A stretch of 64,000 nucleotides of DNA from Octopus sinensis (GCF_006345805.1 NC_043012.1:5332001-5396000); one strand, 5' to 3'; shown: positions 23,034-35,212, counted from the first letter of the stretch. The notes: a model not told the origin generated them from the letters alone. Numbers and translations: made by a program.

Positions 23034-25240
23034 CCAGAAAACAAACCAGAAAACTACAGACCAATAACCTGCCTCCCTACTATGTTCAAGGCATTTACTG
23101 CAGTGATATCGCAAAGGTTGAACAAGCACCTGGACGAAAACAAACTGTTCCCAGAAGAGCAGAAAGGATGCCGCAAGGGCTCTATGGCTGTAAAGAATCA
23201 ACTAATGATTAATAAAGCCGTAACTGAAGACAGCCACAGAAAGAAGAAAGAAGGCCTCAGTATGGCCTGGATTGACTACAAAAAGGCGTTTGATAGCATC
23301 CCCCACACATGGATCCTCGAAAACACTAGCCATTAACAAAGTGCACCAACAATCATAAAATTCATAGAGCACTCTATGAATAAATGGCAAACAGTCCTAC
23401 ACCTCCAAACAAAAGAGGGACTCATGAAAACCAAAGACATCCCCATTAGAAGAGGAATATTCCAGGGAGACACGCTCTCTCCACTCCTTTTCTGCTTGGC
23501 ACTGTCACCTCTATCTGATATGCTAAATAGAACTGGATGCGGATATAAATGTTACGGCAAAACGATCAGCCACCTTTTATATATGGATGACCTAAAACTA
23601 TACGCTGCAAATGACAAACAGCTGGAAACACTATTAAAGACAGTTCATGGATTTACCAAAGAAATAGATATGAAATTTGGATTAGAAAAATGCGCCAAAG
23701 TAACCATGAAAAGAGGGAAACTAGTTAAGAGTAACAACATCACACTAGATAAAAACCAATGAAATAAAAGAATTAGACCAAAGCCAAACTTACAAATACT
23801 TAGGAATCCATGAACTAGATAAGACACAACACACACAAATGAAAGAGAAATAAAAAAGAATATTATAGACGAGTTAGATCATACTAAAAACAGAGCTCAA
23901 TGCTAAAAACAAGATGATAGGTATCAACACTTTAGCTCTCCCAGTTATAAGTTACAGCTACAATATCCTTAACTGGACACGAAATGAACTGTCCAAAATA
24001 GATAGGAAAAAAGAAAAGAAAATACTGACAGGATCTAGGATGCATCACCCAAAATCTGACATAGAAAGATTATATATACAACGTATAGAAGATGGTAGAG
24101 GCCTTATACAGCTGGAAAACTACTATAAAATAACCACCATAGGACTGCAAAAATACCTACTTCAGAAGGAAGGAAAACTGAGCCAGATAGCAGCAAAACA
24201 CGAGCAAAACAAAAAACTGTTCTCAGTATTTAAGGAAGCTGACAAATACAAACAAGAATCGTACCACCTAATAAACACAAAGAAGAAGAAGAAGATGATG
24301 AAGAAACAACAAAAGCTATAAAACAAATTAAATCCAAAACTAAAAATAGAACAGCAACGAGCCATGATAAAACGATGGCAAGAAAAGCCCCTTCATGGTA
24401 AATACTGCACTAAACTAAACGCAAAAGAAATAGACAACGAAAAATCCCAGCATGGTTGAGAAGCTCAGGACTCAAAGCAGAAACAGAGGGATTTTTAATT
24501 GCAGCACAAGACCAAAGCCTCCCCACCAGAAATTAACCAAAACATGTAATGAAAAGAAATATTTACAAGTAACTGCAGAATATGTGGAGATGGACAAGAA
24601 ACAATAAATCATATTATCTCTAGCTGCCCAGTCCTGGCTAAGAAGGAATATATTCACAGACATGACAGGGTTGGAACCTACATACATTGGAAGCTATGCC
24701 AACATTATGGAATAACAACAGAAAAAAGATGGTATAGGCACACACCAGAAAAGGTCACAGAAAACGAGAAAGCAACCATACTCTGGGATATGCCGATACA
24801 CACAGATAGAGAAATTAAGGCCAACAGACCAGATATAGTTGTCAGAGATCATGAAGAAAAAAAATGTTTTCTAATTGATGTATCAATACCGGCAGATGAC
24901 AACGTGTCTCTAAAGAAATGGAGAAACTCTCAAAATACAAAGACCTGGAAATAGAGGTAACTAGAATGTGGAACCTGAAAACAGAAACAATTCCTATCAT
25001 AGTAGGTGCATTAGGCATGATAAAAAAATATTCAGACAAATACATAACAAAAACACCAGGACTTACAAAACACATATAACATACAGAAATTGCACTACTA
25101 GGCACTGCACACATCCTACGCAGAACACTTTCCATACAATAACCATCAGAGCATCACAACAAATCACAGCACATACCCAAGGCACACAGAGCTGCGCTCG
25201 GTAGTGAAGTGAAAGCACGCTATAAAAATAAAACTACTGA
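23031..25240 (+). mobile_element. 5'-truncated R4/Dong-clade LINE (RT plus restriction-like endonuclease) inserted in (TAA)n
   Basis: YRPITCLPT, WIDYKKAFDSIPH, RRGIFQGDTLSPLLF, LLYMDDLKLY; CCHC region CRICG..ETINHIISSC, RHD motif, RLE motif NRPDIVV..LIDVSIP; stop at 25140-25142; about 100-bp 3' UTR; (TAA)n on both sides, the known Dong target. Confidence 0.92.
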
Positions 25241-25257
25241 ATAATAATAATAATAAT

Positions 25258-25436
25258 ATCAGCAAAAGATACCTTAGGGTGGGAACCCAGGGTTGGGTTC
25301 AAAATGCTACCAGGACACCTGATGAAGGCTGGAGAATAAACCAGCCGAAACGTTGTGCTAACAACAAACAAGATGAGGCCACATATCTGTCCAATGTAAA
25401 TAATGTACAGAATTCCTCATCTCTAAAATATAGAAC
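25258..25436 (+). mobile_element. Tail of the tRNA-TAA-hammerhead element, plus copy
   Basis: Homologous to 21438-21545 (minus) and 32390-32555 (minus); shares the 3' end AAATATAGAAC with the 32390 copy. Confidence 0.85.
25314..25359 (+). ncRNA. Minimal type-I hammerhead ribozyme with intact core
   Basis: GACAC-CTGATGA-A-GGCTGG(AGAATAAA)CCAGCC-GAAA-CGTT-GTGCT: perfect 6-bp stem II, palindromic stem III ACGT, predicted cleavage after GUU at 25354, stem I with one mismatch. Confidence 0.75.
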
Positions 25437-25579
25437 GACATCCCTTGTGATAATTGCTCAGCACTCAGTTGCATAATTCACTCCGAATGCCTCACATAGC
25501 GAAACATTGGTTTATTCATTGGAATAACTGGCAATGCTATTGTCCACCAATAAAAAAATAATTAAAATATACACGTGCA

Positions 25580-25810
25580 GGCATGGCTGGCTGATTAAGA
25601 AACTTGTTCTATAACTACATGGCTTCGAGTTCAATCCTACAGTGCAGCACCTTGGGCAAGTATCTTCTTTTCTACTCTAAGAACAAGGCCCGAAATTTTG
25701 GGGGAGGTGTCCAGTCGATTAGATCGACCCCAGTACACTACTGGTACTTAATTTATCGACCATGAAAAGATGAAAGATATAGTCGACCTCGGCGGAATTT
25801 GAACCTTCAG
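25580..25810. mobile_element. Family B head fragment (plus) joined to a family C fragment (minus)
   Basis: CACCTTGGGCAAGTATC, then the reverse complement of the Nin-like domain. Confidence 0.7.
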
Positions 25811-25859
25811 TAATAGTGTTAACATAACATAGTCATTATCATATTCGTTAAATTTTACT

Positions 25860-26270
25860 GTCATCATTATCAACGTCATCATCATCATTATCAAGCTTAT
25901 CATCATTATCATCATCAACATCATCATCATCAGCAGCATCGCATCCAACATCGTCAGTCATCATCATCATCAACATTGTTATTACCATATCAGTACTCTC
26001 CTCTTCCTGTTCTTCCTCATCTACCTCACCTTTCTCCTCCTCTTTCAACTCCTCATCATCCTTTTCCCCATCTCTTCCTATTCCTCCTCTCCTCTTCCTC
26101 CCCTCTTCCTTTTCCCCTCCTTTTCCTCTTCCACTCATTTTCCTCTTCATCTTCTTCCTATCCCTTCTCTTTCACCTATCCCTCCGCTCCCTCCTCCTCT
26201 TCTTCCATTCCCTCCCCCTCCTCTCCCTCCACTTCCACCTCTTCTACATCCTCTTCATTATCATCATCAA
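25860..26270. repeat. (TCA)n and CT-rich low-complexity tract
   Basis: Direct inspection. Confidence 0.9.
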
Positions 26271-26594
26271 AATAATTAGCATTACAAACGACAGCGAGCT
26301 AGCACAATCGTTACTGCTCCCGATGAAATGCTTAGAAGCATTTCCACAGATTTTACGTTCTGAGTTCAAATACAACCGGGATCGACCTTTCTTTTCTTTT
26401 CCTTTTTTTCTTTTTTTGAGGGCTCATGTAATTGACTTCACCCATTTCCCTAAAATTGCTATCCTTGTATTGTGACCATCATTATCGATATCATCTTGGA
26501 ACCACTACTTGCTGAAAATAGCAACCAAATCTTCCTAAAATTTCATCCTACTTTCATGAAAACACTGGATACGGCCACCATGCCACAAGACATG

Positions 26595-26791
26595 TACGAA
26601 AAGTTCCTGGCTTTGGATAAAAGAAAATACAGGAGGATCAGTTATTCCCCATATCCCACTTTGAGATTCACACACTTACTTGCAGGGGTCCTTCAGTTTT
26701 CCTAAGCCCTGTAAAAGAACTCGGTAGGTTGGGCTTCCAATCAGGCCTTTCGTGATATCCTAAAACCCAGGAACTTTCAGCTTTCCTTCGT
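26595..26791 (-). mobile_element. Mariner-derived MITE copy
   Basis: Ends AAAAGTTCCTGGCTTT / AAACCCAGGAACTTTCAG; interior is the reverse complement of the 20920 copies. Confidence 0.75.
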
Positions 26792-27246
26792 GTATGCAGG
26801 CCTAGACAAGATTTTTTTTTTTAGGGAAGACTTACATTTGCTCATAAATGAAGCTTCCTCTGTCCACGCCACTTGTCGTTTATCTAAAAGAAGGTCCCTC
26901 GATTTTGGCTTCTACCTTCCAAGCAGACGATAATTCGTGCAGTGCATACAGACCAGCAAAGATCTAGACAATAACACATCTATTCATTCCAATACGCCAT
27001 GGCAGAAGCGAACGTGGATATCTAATCGCAGTCGCTTTTCGACATCGGAAACAACCCCCACCTTCGAGACGATGTGTGCTCATAACACTTGCAATTGGAC
27101 TTATCTATTTGCAAATCCAACTCCTTTCTCTTTGCATTGTCCTATGTGAATTTTTGGTCCTTGCGGCCAATAACGTAATATAGAAAATATAATTAGTAAT
27201 ATTACTTCTATTCATACAACTATTATTACTATCATTATCATTACTA

Positions 27247-27305
<59 letters not shown>

Positions 27306-27559
27306 ACTAACATTATTAACAACATCATCATACTCATCATCGTCCACACCATTCTTGTCATGTTATTAACGGTTTATGCGCTTGGAATTACCATTGAAAA
27401 TTCAATCTTGTTAATAACGTTTCATCGGAAGCCAGTTTGTTTTGATCTGAGATATATGTAGAAAAATTTATTTCTGTTTTCTTTTTTCTACGGAGGGGGA
27501 GCAGCTTTCATCGGTTATCTCATTAATGGCGCTTAATTAGGTTGAGAGTGGTCATATAT

Positions 27560-27658
27560 CAAAATATTCTTTCGAGATAGTGGTGGCCTTTTTTTCACAG
27601 TGGCGATATGGAATATGTATGCGTTTATATATGCGCATATACGCATGGGAATATATGA

Positions 27659-27717
<59 letters not shown>

Positions 27718-27914
27718 ATGTATGTATGTATATATATAGATATAGATATATACATGTATAAATATATACATGTATATATATACATACATGCACACATACA
27801 CAGACACACGCACATATATATATATATATATATTATATATATACATAAATATATATATATATTACACATATATACATACACACATACAGACACATATATA
27901 TGCATGAATGTGTA

Positions 27915-27945
<31 letters not shown>

Positions 27946-27987
27946 TATATTATATAAAAATTATATATATATATACCTGTATATATC

Positions 27988-28022
<35 letters not shown>

Positions 28023-28110
28023 GTATGTGTTTGTGTGTATGTATGCATGTATGTAGATGTATGTATGTATGTATGTATGTATGTATGTATGTATGTATGT
28101 ATGTATAAGA
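27560..28110. repeat. Compound TG/TA/TATG microsatellite block
   Basis: Direct inspection. Confidence 0.95.
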
Positions 28111-28670
28111 ACACACAACTATATCCAAACGTTTTTGAACATAGAATGGCGAATGGTTCAGGAATTCGTTTTGTAATATGGGGTCCCGGGTTCGTTCCAA
28201 CTGTATGGATTCTTAGGCAAATTTTCTTTTTTGATACTTATTTATATCTGCGTGAAATTGGTTAGATGGCAACTGTTTGAAAGCAAATCGGATGCGATAT
28301 ACCCGGAATTCGAAAGTCCAACCTTGCTACATGCTCTGTATTATGGTGATTCTATCTGGGTATAGCTTTAAGGGTTCACGCAGCTGCGTTCAAATACTGA
28401 ACCAGCCACTCAATCGTCAATTCAATGGGCAGGTAATTTCGTTGAACGTACGACTGATTCTAAATCGCTGAAAACGACTGAAGTCCAGTATAAATGCGTG
28501 TGTAAGTGTATAGTTATATAGACATGTATAAGTATACGCACACGCACGCACGCACATGCATATACACACATGCATACGTACATACATTCGTATATATATA
28601 TACATACACACTCACACATACATATATACATATATATACATACATATATATACATATTTATATATATATA

Positions 28671-29396
28671 TCTTTATATATATAAAACTGAGAATGTGTG
28701 TGTGTCTGTCTGTGTGTTTCCCTAAAACTTGAGAACTACACAACCAATTTCATTCAAATTTTACACATGCCTTACTTAGGGTCCAGGTAGTTTCATGGGC
28801 AAAAAAAAAGTTCAACTTCTTGCGTAGAGCGAGCCCATAGCAATATCATATCTTCTCCACTATTTCAGTATTACATGTTAAAAGTGAAACAAAAATATTT
28901 CTCTATTTTATGTCAGATACTTTCACTTTAACAATAAAAATAATAATAACAATTGAATTATATGTAGTAAGTAATAATTAAAATCAAACTAAATTATAAT
29001 TAAATCGTAACATAACAAAAGTTAAAATAGCAATTGGTATAAAATTGCATCAATGATTTGTACTTGAATAAGTGGTTTCACATGAATGGGAATAGATTAA
29101 AAATAAAATTAGCGTGCAGAAATGGAATAGTCCAGATGGATAATAAAAAATTAAATTAAAGAAAAGACTATTGTCTATAAAGTATACAATGTAGAGAAAA
29201 AAGAAGAGCTAACAATTCCAGTCTGTTATATATTTTGAGTATTGTTATCACTAGCGATATCAAGATATAACTTTGTATTTTGCATTTTATGTGTAGATGT
29301 ATATATATAGATGTACATGTAATATGTACACATATATATACACATATATACATGCACTAGCACTATGACCCGGCAACGACGGGTCTTTAATGCTAG
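28671..29396 (+). mobile_element. Non-autonomous Helitron-like element
   Basis: A|TC 5' end followed by TATATATAAA and a TG/GTCT tract; 3' hairpin GACCCG(GCAACGA)CGGGTC at 29367-29385, 7 nt spacer, CTAG|T end, i.e. inserted between A and T. Confidence 0.75.
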
Positions 29397-29423
29397 TATA
29401 TTATATATTATATATATATAGAT

Positions 29424-29471
<48 letters not shown>

Positions 29472-29829
29472 GCAGATAACCTTTCCGTTCACCAAAAAGA
29501 GCACTCCATTTGAGGGGAATGAAATGTTGTAGTTTCATAGATTGAAGAGCTTGTCTGTGCAGGTTTTAAAACAAGCCTAATGTTTCCAAGTAATCTGAGG
29601 CTCTGGACACATGGCTTGTGCAAGTTACACGTCAAGACAATAGAACAAGAGAAATCACGAGAAAAAGAAACGAGATGAAGGTGGTTTAAACGGTCGAATG
29701 GCGAAACAAACGGAAAAAGAAAAAAACAGAGTTACGGCCCCTTTTTATTGTAAAGCCGTAAGGTTACATAGTAGAATCAAAGGAAGGGGTCTAAAATTTA
29801 CGATACAGCTGCTGCACCCAGAGAGGGTT

Positions 29830-30145
29830 GTGTTCTCCAATTCACCAAAATAAATTTCTGCATATGCTTGCATTTGTTGAAAATTTCTGATCTGGAGTTC
29901 TTAGATCGGAAAGGGGGACATGCGATCTTTTGGCTACGCATAATTTGCATTTTTTTATCCATTAATATACTACATGGATTCTTCTACGTTTTTCCACTTG
30001 ATTGTATGAGGCGTGGAGTTAGTCTTCAAATCCCATACGTGGCAAGCCAGCTGAGTGGCTTTACTTTTGTCCATATGATGTAAAGAAGATAAGTCGTTTG
30101 CAGAGCGTCTGTTGAAGTCGCCTTTGTATAACCAGATGTAATAAG
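29830..30145 (-). mobile_element. Degenerate PLE endonuclease C-terminal half (second PLE lineage)
   Basis: YYIWLYKGDFNRRSAND..SKATQLACHVWDLK..HTIKWK..CKLC..SEIFNKCKH matches the YIG...RY.NH..T.LS..IW.LK....I.W....C.LC...CRH pattern. Confidence 0.65.
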
Positions 30146-30239
30146 TGATTTTTTTAATGTTTCCCTAGATATAAACTCATTCTTATAAAACCGTCCCAAA
30201 CATCAACGAGAAACTTCCCTACATACAAAAATTGTTATA

Positions 30240-30760
30240 TGTGCTGTTTAAAAACCTGATAGCTAACATTAGCAACAGGATATCCAACCTCTTTCCTGAA
30301 GAAATTCTGATAGGGCAGCCCCCTTCTATAACAATGCCCAAGCTAACAGTGGATTCAAAGATAAGTTATAGTAGAACCCTTCTAATAATAATACGATTAA
30401 CAAAGATAGACCTAAGAATAGACCTAGGAAAATAATTCCGTTCGTCCCACCCTTCTCCCAACATGTTATAACTAACATGGGTAAAAGACGCCCGTCTCTC
30501 TTAAATAAACATTTCCTAGAAAATCACAAATAGAGAAAGATCTTTAACATACGCTCATCTAAATTATCATATAACTGTTGCCTAAATATGCAGATCATCA
30601 TTGTCTGTAGACACCACCAAGTGCCCGCTCCGAACGTTACTGTCGAGACCCTGGAGTTTATCCACTCGACCAGGGGTGCATGATAAACTCCATCATATAT
30701 GAGGCAGAGGTTAGAGCAACGCTACATGGCCACAATAAGCGAAACGAAGAATTATATCTG
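30240..30760 (+). mobile_element. Degenerate PLE RT-thumb/linker to start of GIY motif
   Basis: NLIANISNRISNL, PFVPPFS..TNMGK..LNKHF..KIFN..KLSYNC, C(R)DP..PL.QGCMINSIIYEAEV across frameshifts. Confidence 0.65.
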
Positions 30761-31229
30761 ATTATATGTAAAATATGAAGCTAAGCAAGAATTGAAGGAT
30801 GAGTACAATGAAAATTAATACGCCAATGAAAGAACCAGAAGTTACTCTAACGATCGGATGTATATGCATGCGTGTGATTGTGTATTTGTATAAAAGTACA
30901 TGTAAATGTTGTGTGGGGTGAGTGTGTGTTAAAGGGGTGTTCAGATAGGGAAGGTGGAGGAGGCGAATGTAGACTTGGCCTGCTAATTAGCTGGTCAGTA
31001 TTCTTCGAAATTCTTCAGATGTAAAAAGAAAACAAAAAGTGTGAGTGAAGAAAGGTGCTGATAGCATTAGGGATGGCTAGGGAATGGCTGACATCTAATG
31101 AAAGAGAAAGAGAGAGAGGGAGAACAGAGGAAGAAAGGAAGAGGGGAGTGAGAGAGAAGTGAAACGTAAATAAAATCGGTGGAGGGAGACCAGTCAATAA
31201 ATGAATAAGTTAAAGAATTAGCGGTTATT

Positions 31230-31520
31230 AAGTCAGTGGTAATTATAGTTGCTAGTACCATCATCAACATCATCATCATCATTGTCATCGTCTCATCCCT
31301 GTCATCATCATCATCATCGTTTTCTTGTTCCTTTTCTTCTTCCTTATCACCATCATTACCTTTATCATTATCATCCAATCCTCCTCCTCCTCCTCCTCAT
31401 CATCATCATCATCACCATCATCTCAGTAATCATCATCATCTCAATAATCATCATCATCATCATCATCGTCGTCGTACTCGTCATCATCATCATCATCATT
31501 ATCACCATCCAACGGGAAGT
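31230..31520. repeat. (TCA)n/(TCC)n trinucleotide tract
   Basis: Direct inspection; the poly-His/Ser ORFs are artefacts. Confidence 0.9.
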
Positions 31521-31734
31521 ATTTAATCGTGAAATTGGTAATATGTGTATAATTACAATTTACCGAAAATAAAATTTCTGAGAAAAAAAATATTTTAAAT
31601 TAGAGAGAGAGTGGAGTAAAGAATAAAAAATGGGAAATGAATATATTTTGAAGAATTGATTGAAGAATTGAAGACTGATTCGAAATGTGGTGATTACTTT
31701 TATTTGATCTCATCAGAGTTATTCTTTTGTTCGT

Positions 31735-31910
31735 TTGTTTGTTTCAGTCATAGGGATGCGGCCATGCTGGAGCAGAGCCGTAAAAGGATTTCAGTACGTG
31801 TTTTAAGTCTGTCACGTATTCTATCGGCCTACTTACGGGGATATAGACACAACAACACCGGTTAGCAAGTGGCAGTGGCGGAAGAACACAGACGCAAAGA
31901 CACGCGTACG

Positions 31911-31920
<10 letters not shown>
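31735..31920 (-). mobile_element. Family B SINE 3' half
   Basis: GTTTCAGTCAT..GCGGCCATGCTGGAGCA homology. Confidence 0.7.
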
Positions 31921-31944
<24 letters not shown>

Positions 31945-31952
31945 CATCAGCC

Positions 31953-31999
<47 letters not shown>

Positions 32000-32389
32000 G
32001 AGGAGTGCAGACCCAACCTTCCGAGTTCTTTTATAGGGCTTAGAAAAGCTGAAGGATTGCTGCAATGTGTGGATCTGAGAGGGGAAGATGTTGAATAAAG
32101 TCATGTATGTGTGAGAGAAAGAGATAGAAAATGGAATTCATGAAATTCTTTATCAATCACTACGATCGTTTCGACCCATCGTACAGCGATCCTTCGCGGG
32201 TAATATGCTGTACAAACAGCTGTGGTGCATCATAGGTGAAGATATGTCTCGTCAGGTGACTTCTCAAAAATTACCTCGTTTGTTAATCTCCGTTTCGCTT
32301 ATTCCGATTAAAATACACTTTGGCAGTTGTCTGTAGCTACTCCATACAGGAAAAAATTGAGTTAAAACGAAGAATACTTCTCGTATAAC

Positions 32390-32555
32390 ACAGTTCTATA
32401 TTTAAGAGATGAGGAATTATGTACATTATTCACATTTTTTACATTTGACGGATATTTTTCCTCATCTTCTTTGTTAACACAACGTTCCGGCTGGCATACC
32501 CTCCAGGCTTCATCAGGTGTCTTTGGGAAATTTCGAACCTAGGTTCTCATTCCTA
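32390..32555 (-). mobile_element. Third copy of the hammerhead-bearing tail (5'-truncated)
   Basis: Minus GACACCTGATGAAGCCTGGAGGGTATGCCAGCCGGAACGTTGTGTT (32476-32521): perfect stem I, but GAAA is GGAA and stem II has one mismatch; ends AAATATAGAAC. Confidence 0.85.
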
Positions 32556-33599
32556 ATGTATAGCTAAATGCACCGCACAGTATTTAAACGGCATATTACA
32601 AAGTATATCCAAATTTAAAATCATTACATATACGTGCGTGTAATGTATAAATATGTGTATTTCTGAGAGTATGTATGTATGCATGTATGCATGTATGTAT
32701 GTATGCATGTATGTATGTATGTCTCTTCTGTTTTCTAGTTATTATAAGTATTCCACTGAGGAGTGAGCCGGTTTCCAATAAAGATACAAGGCTCCATCTT
32801 TGGGGTGTAATTAACACAGACAAATTCACATTTGGAACTTGAGAAAGTCTTGCATATTTTTACTGTTCCACTCACAGATTGCATTTGTAATGTACGAATC
32901 AGCCGGTCATTTTATATTTCTAAAAATTCCAGTTTATCCAGAATTTCCTTGAAGCATTTACTAACAAAACCTAGTGCTCTAATTATTATTGGTATGAATA
33001 TGAATTCATAGTCTAGATACAGAAGCTGGAGGTTTCGAACCAATATCCATAGATATCCTCTTTTTTCTTAGATTTTCAGAGATATTTATATCTGCAGAGC
33101 AGATGTACGTGTAAATGTATGTATGTATGTATGTATGTATGTATGTATGTATGTATGTATGTATGTATGCATGTATGTATGTATGTATGTATGTATGTAT
33201 GTATGTATGCATTGTGCTTAGATTTTAATGCGAGTAGTCATCTACCTCAAACGATTTAAAGCTGTTTTGTTAAAGCCTAGTATACGGATAACATTACTTC
33301 ATAATCTGTTTTTGTTGTTATTGCTATTCATCTTGATGTGTTGTTGTCGTCGTCGTCGTCGTATTATATAATCTTCACTGCTCACTTTTCTAGGTTTTCC
33401 TATGTTTTATCATAATTTACAAATTAAACTTTAATTATTATTAAGCCGCTTCACATATATTGAATTATGTTTGATGCTTTTTTAATATATAAAACTTTCT
33501 CATTATATTCTTCATCAACTGCCTGCTTTGGCGGAGATTTTCGAAACATTAAGCTACCTTTTATATATTAGCAATACTAGCGGCGCTTTGATTGGGCAG

Positions 33600-33621
33600 A
33601 GTGTACGTGTCTGTGTGTGTG

Positions 33622-33669
<48 letters not shown>

Positions 33670-34520
33670 AGTGCGTTTGTGTTCTTGAGTGCATGCGTGC
33701 GTGCAGTTGTGTGCGTATGTGTGTGTGTGTTTGAGTGCATATGTGTGTGCGTGCGTGTATGTGGGTGTTTGAGTGTGCGTATGTGTGTGTGTTTGAGTGC
33801 ATATGTGTGTGCTTCAGTACATGTGTTTGTGTGTGTGTGTACGCCCGTGTTTTCGAGTTTGTGTTTGTATATTTATTTGCATGTGTGCATGTGTGAGTCC
33901 GTGTGTGTGTGTATGTGTGTGTGTGTTTCTGTGTGTGTGTGTGTGTGTGCATGTGTGTAGGAGCAATTTGTGTGGACATGTTTCTATGTGTGTTTGCGTA
34001 CGCGCAGGTTAGTGTGTGTGTGGGGGGGTATTTTTGTTTGTGTATTTGTGAGTGCATGTGTTATTGAGTATATGTGTGTGTGTCCGTGTATGCTTGTGTG
34101 TCCGTGTATGCTTGTGTGTCCGTGTATGCTTGTGTGTCTGTGTATTTGTGTGTGCATGTGTGTATACGTGACTGTATCTGTTTGTATGTGCGTGTATGTG
34201 CATGCCTACATGTCATGATGTGTGCGTGTGTGTTTATGATTATAAGTTTCGTTTGTGTGTGTGTGTGTGTGTGTGCGTGCGTGTGTGAGTCTATATTTAT
34301 GTACGTACGTATGCTTACGCTTGTCTTTTGCCTCTGTGTGTGTGTGTGTGTGCACCCGTGTGCTCTTCAGATATCGTTTGACCGATTCAATTTTACGTGT
34401 TATTGCTGTTGTTGTTGCTGTTGTTCTTGTTGTTGTTGCTATTGTTGTTGCTGTTGCTGCTGCTGCCGCTGCTGCTGCTGCCGCTGCTGCTGCTGCCGCT
34501 GCTGCTGCTGCTGCCACTAC
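33600..34520. repeat. Degenerate (TG)n block followed by (GTT)n/(GCT)n
   Basis: Direct inspection; includes an 18-bp TGTGTGTCCGTGTATGCT repeat near 34075-34140. Confidence 0.9.
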
Positions 34521-34529
34521 CGTTATTGC

Positions 34530-34740
34530 TTAGCTCCAAGTCAACTCTAAACTGAGCAGACCAATGATCAAAGGGATTCCAAGCATGACTATCGCACGTA
34601 ATTTTCCAAACTGAATCAAAGCTAGACCACGTCACCGCATTTGCCAACGTATAGGTTTCCCTTATTTTTGCCTCAGTTGGCCATGATTTGAGGACGATTT
34701 GACTGCTATTTCCTGCACATCAAGTGACTGCATAGAAGCT
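34530..34740. repeat. Old interspersed repeat, related fragment at about 49520-49600
   Basis: Both read like CCAAGTCAAC..T.A..TGAGCA..CC.A..ATCAA and follow GTT/GCT repeats. Confidence 0.4.
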
Positions 34741-35212
34741 CGCCCATTATCTCGTGACACGTATTACACGTGTTTTAAAGTGGATCACAGGAATCTGTGC
34801 GGAGACATTTTGTTTAATTAAATCATCCCCACCGCCCTAACTACACCTCCCTCAAACCTCCATCTACCACTACCACTTTTGCCTCCATTACCACCACCTC
34901 AATAGACTTAACATCGATGCATCTTTTCTGTCCAGATATGCTTCATTAAATTGTGATAATTAAATTATATCGCATCAATCGCGCTATTATAGACTCTGTA
35001 CAATCAGGGTAACCATAACGTTATTGCACAGGAGTTTTAACTACACGTCAGTCATGCTACTTATCATGGCAAGCACACTGCGGCAACAATTATACCGGCA
35101 TAATATGTGTTGCATTATTTCTTAGCAATTTTAGCACCAAAGCAATCACAACGGTATCACCGTTGCCATCAAAAGTATCATGACATCATAAGGATCATAA
35201 CATCACTGCGTT

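Noticed and set aside
26820-27150. Unique-looking segment with a 70-aa ORF
   Set aside because: No recognisable motif or paired splice signals.
34074-34550. Cys-rich metallothionein-like ORF and poly-Ala ORFs
   Set aside because: Artefacts of (TG)n and (GCT/GTT)n repeats.
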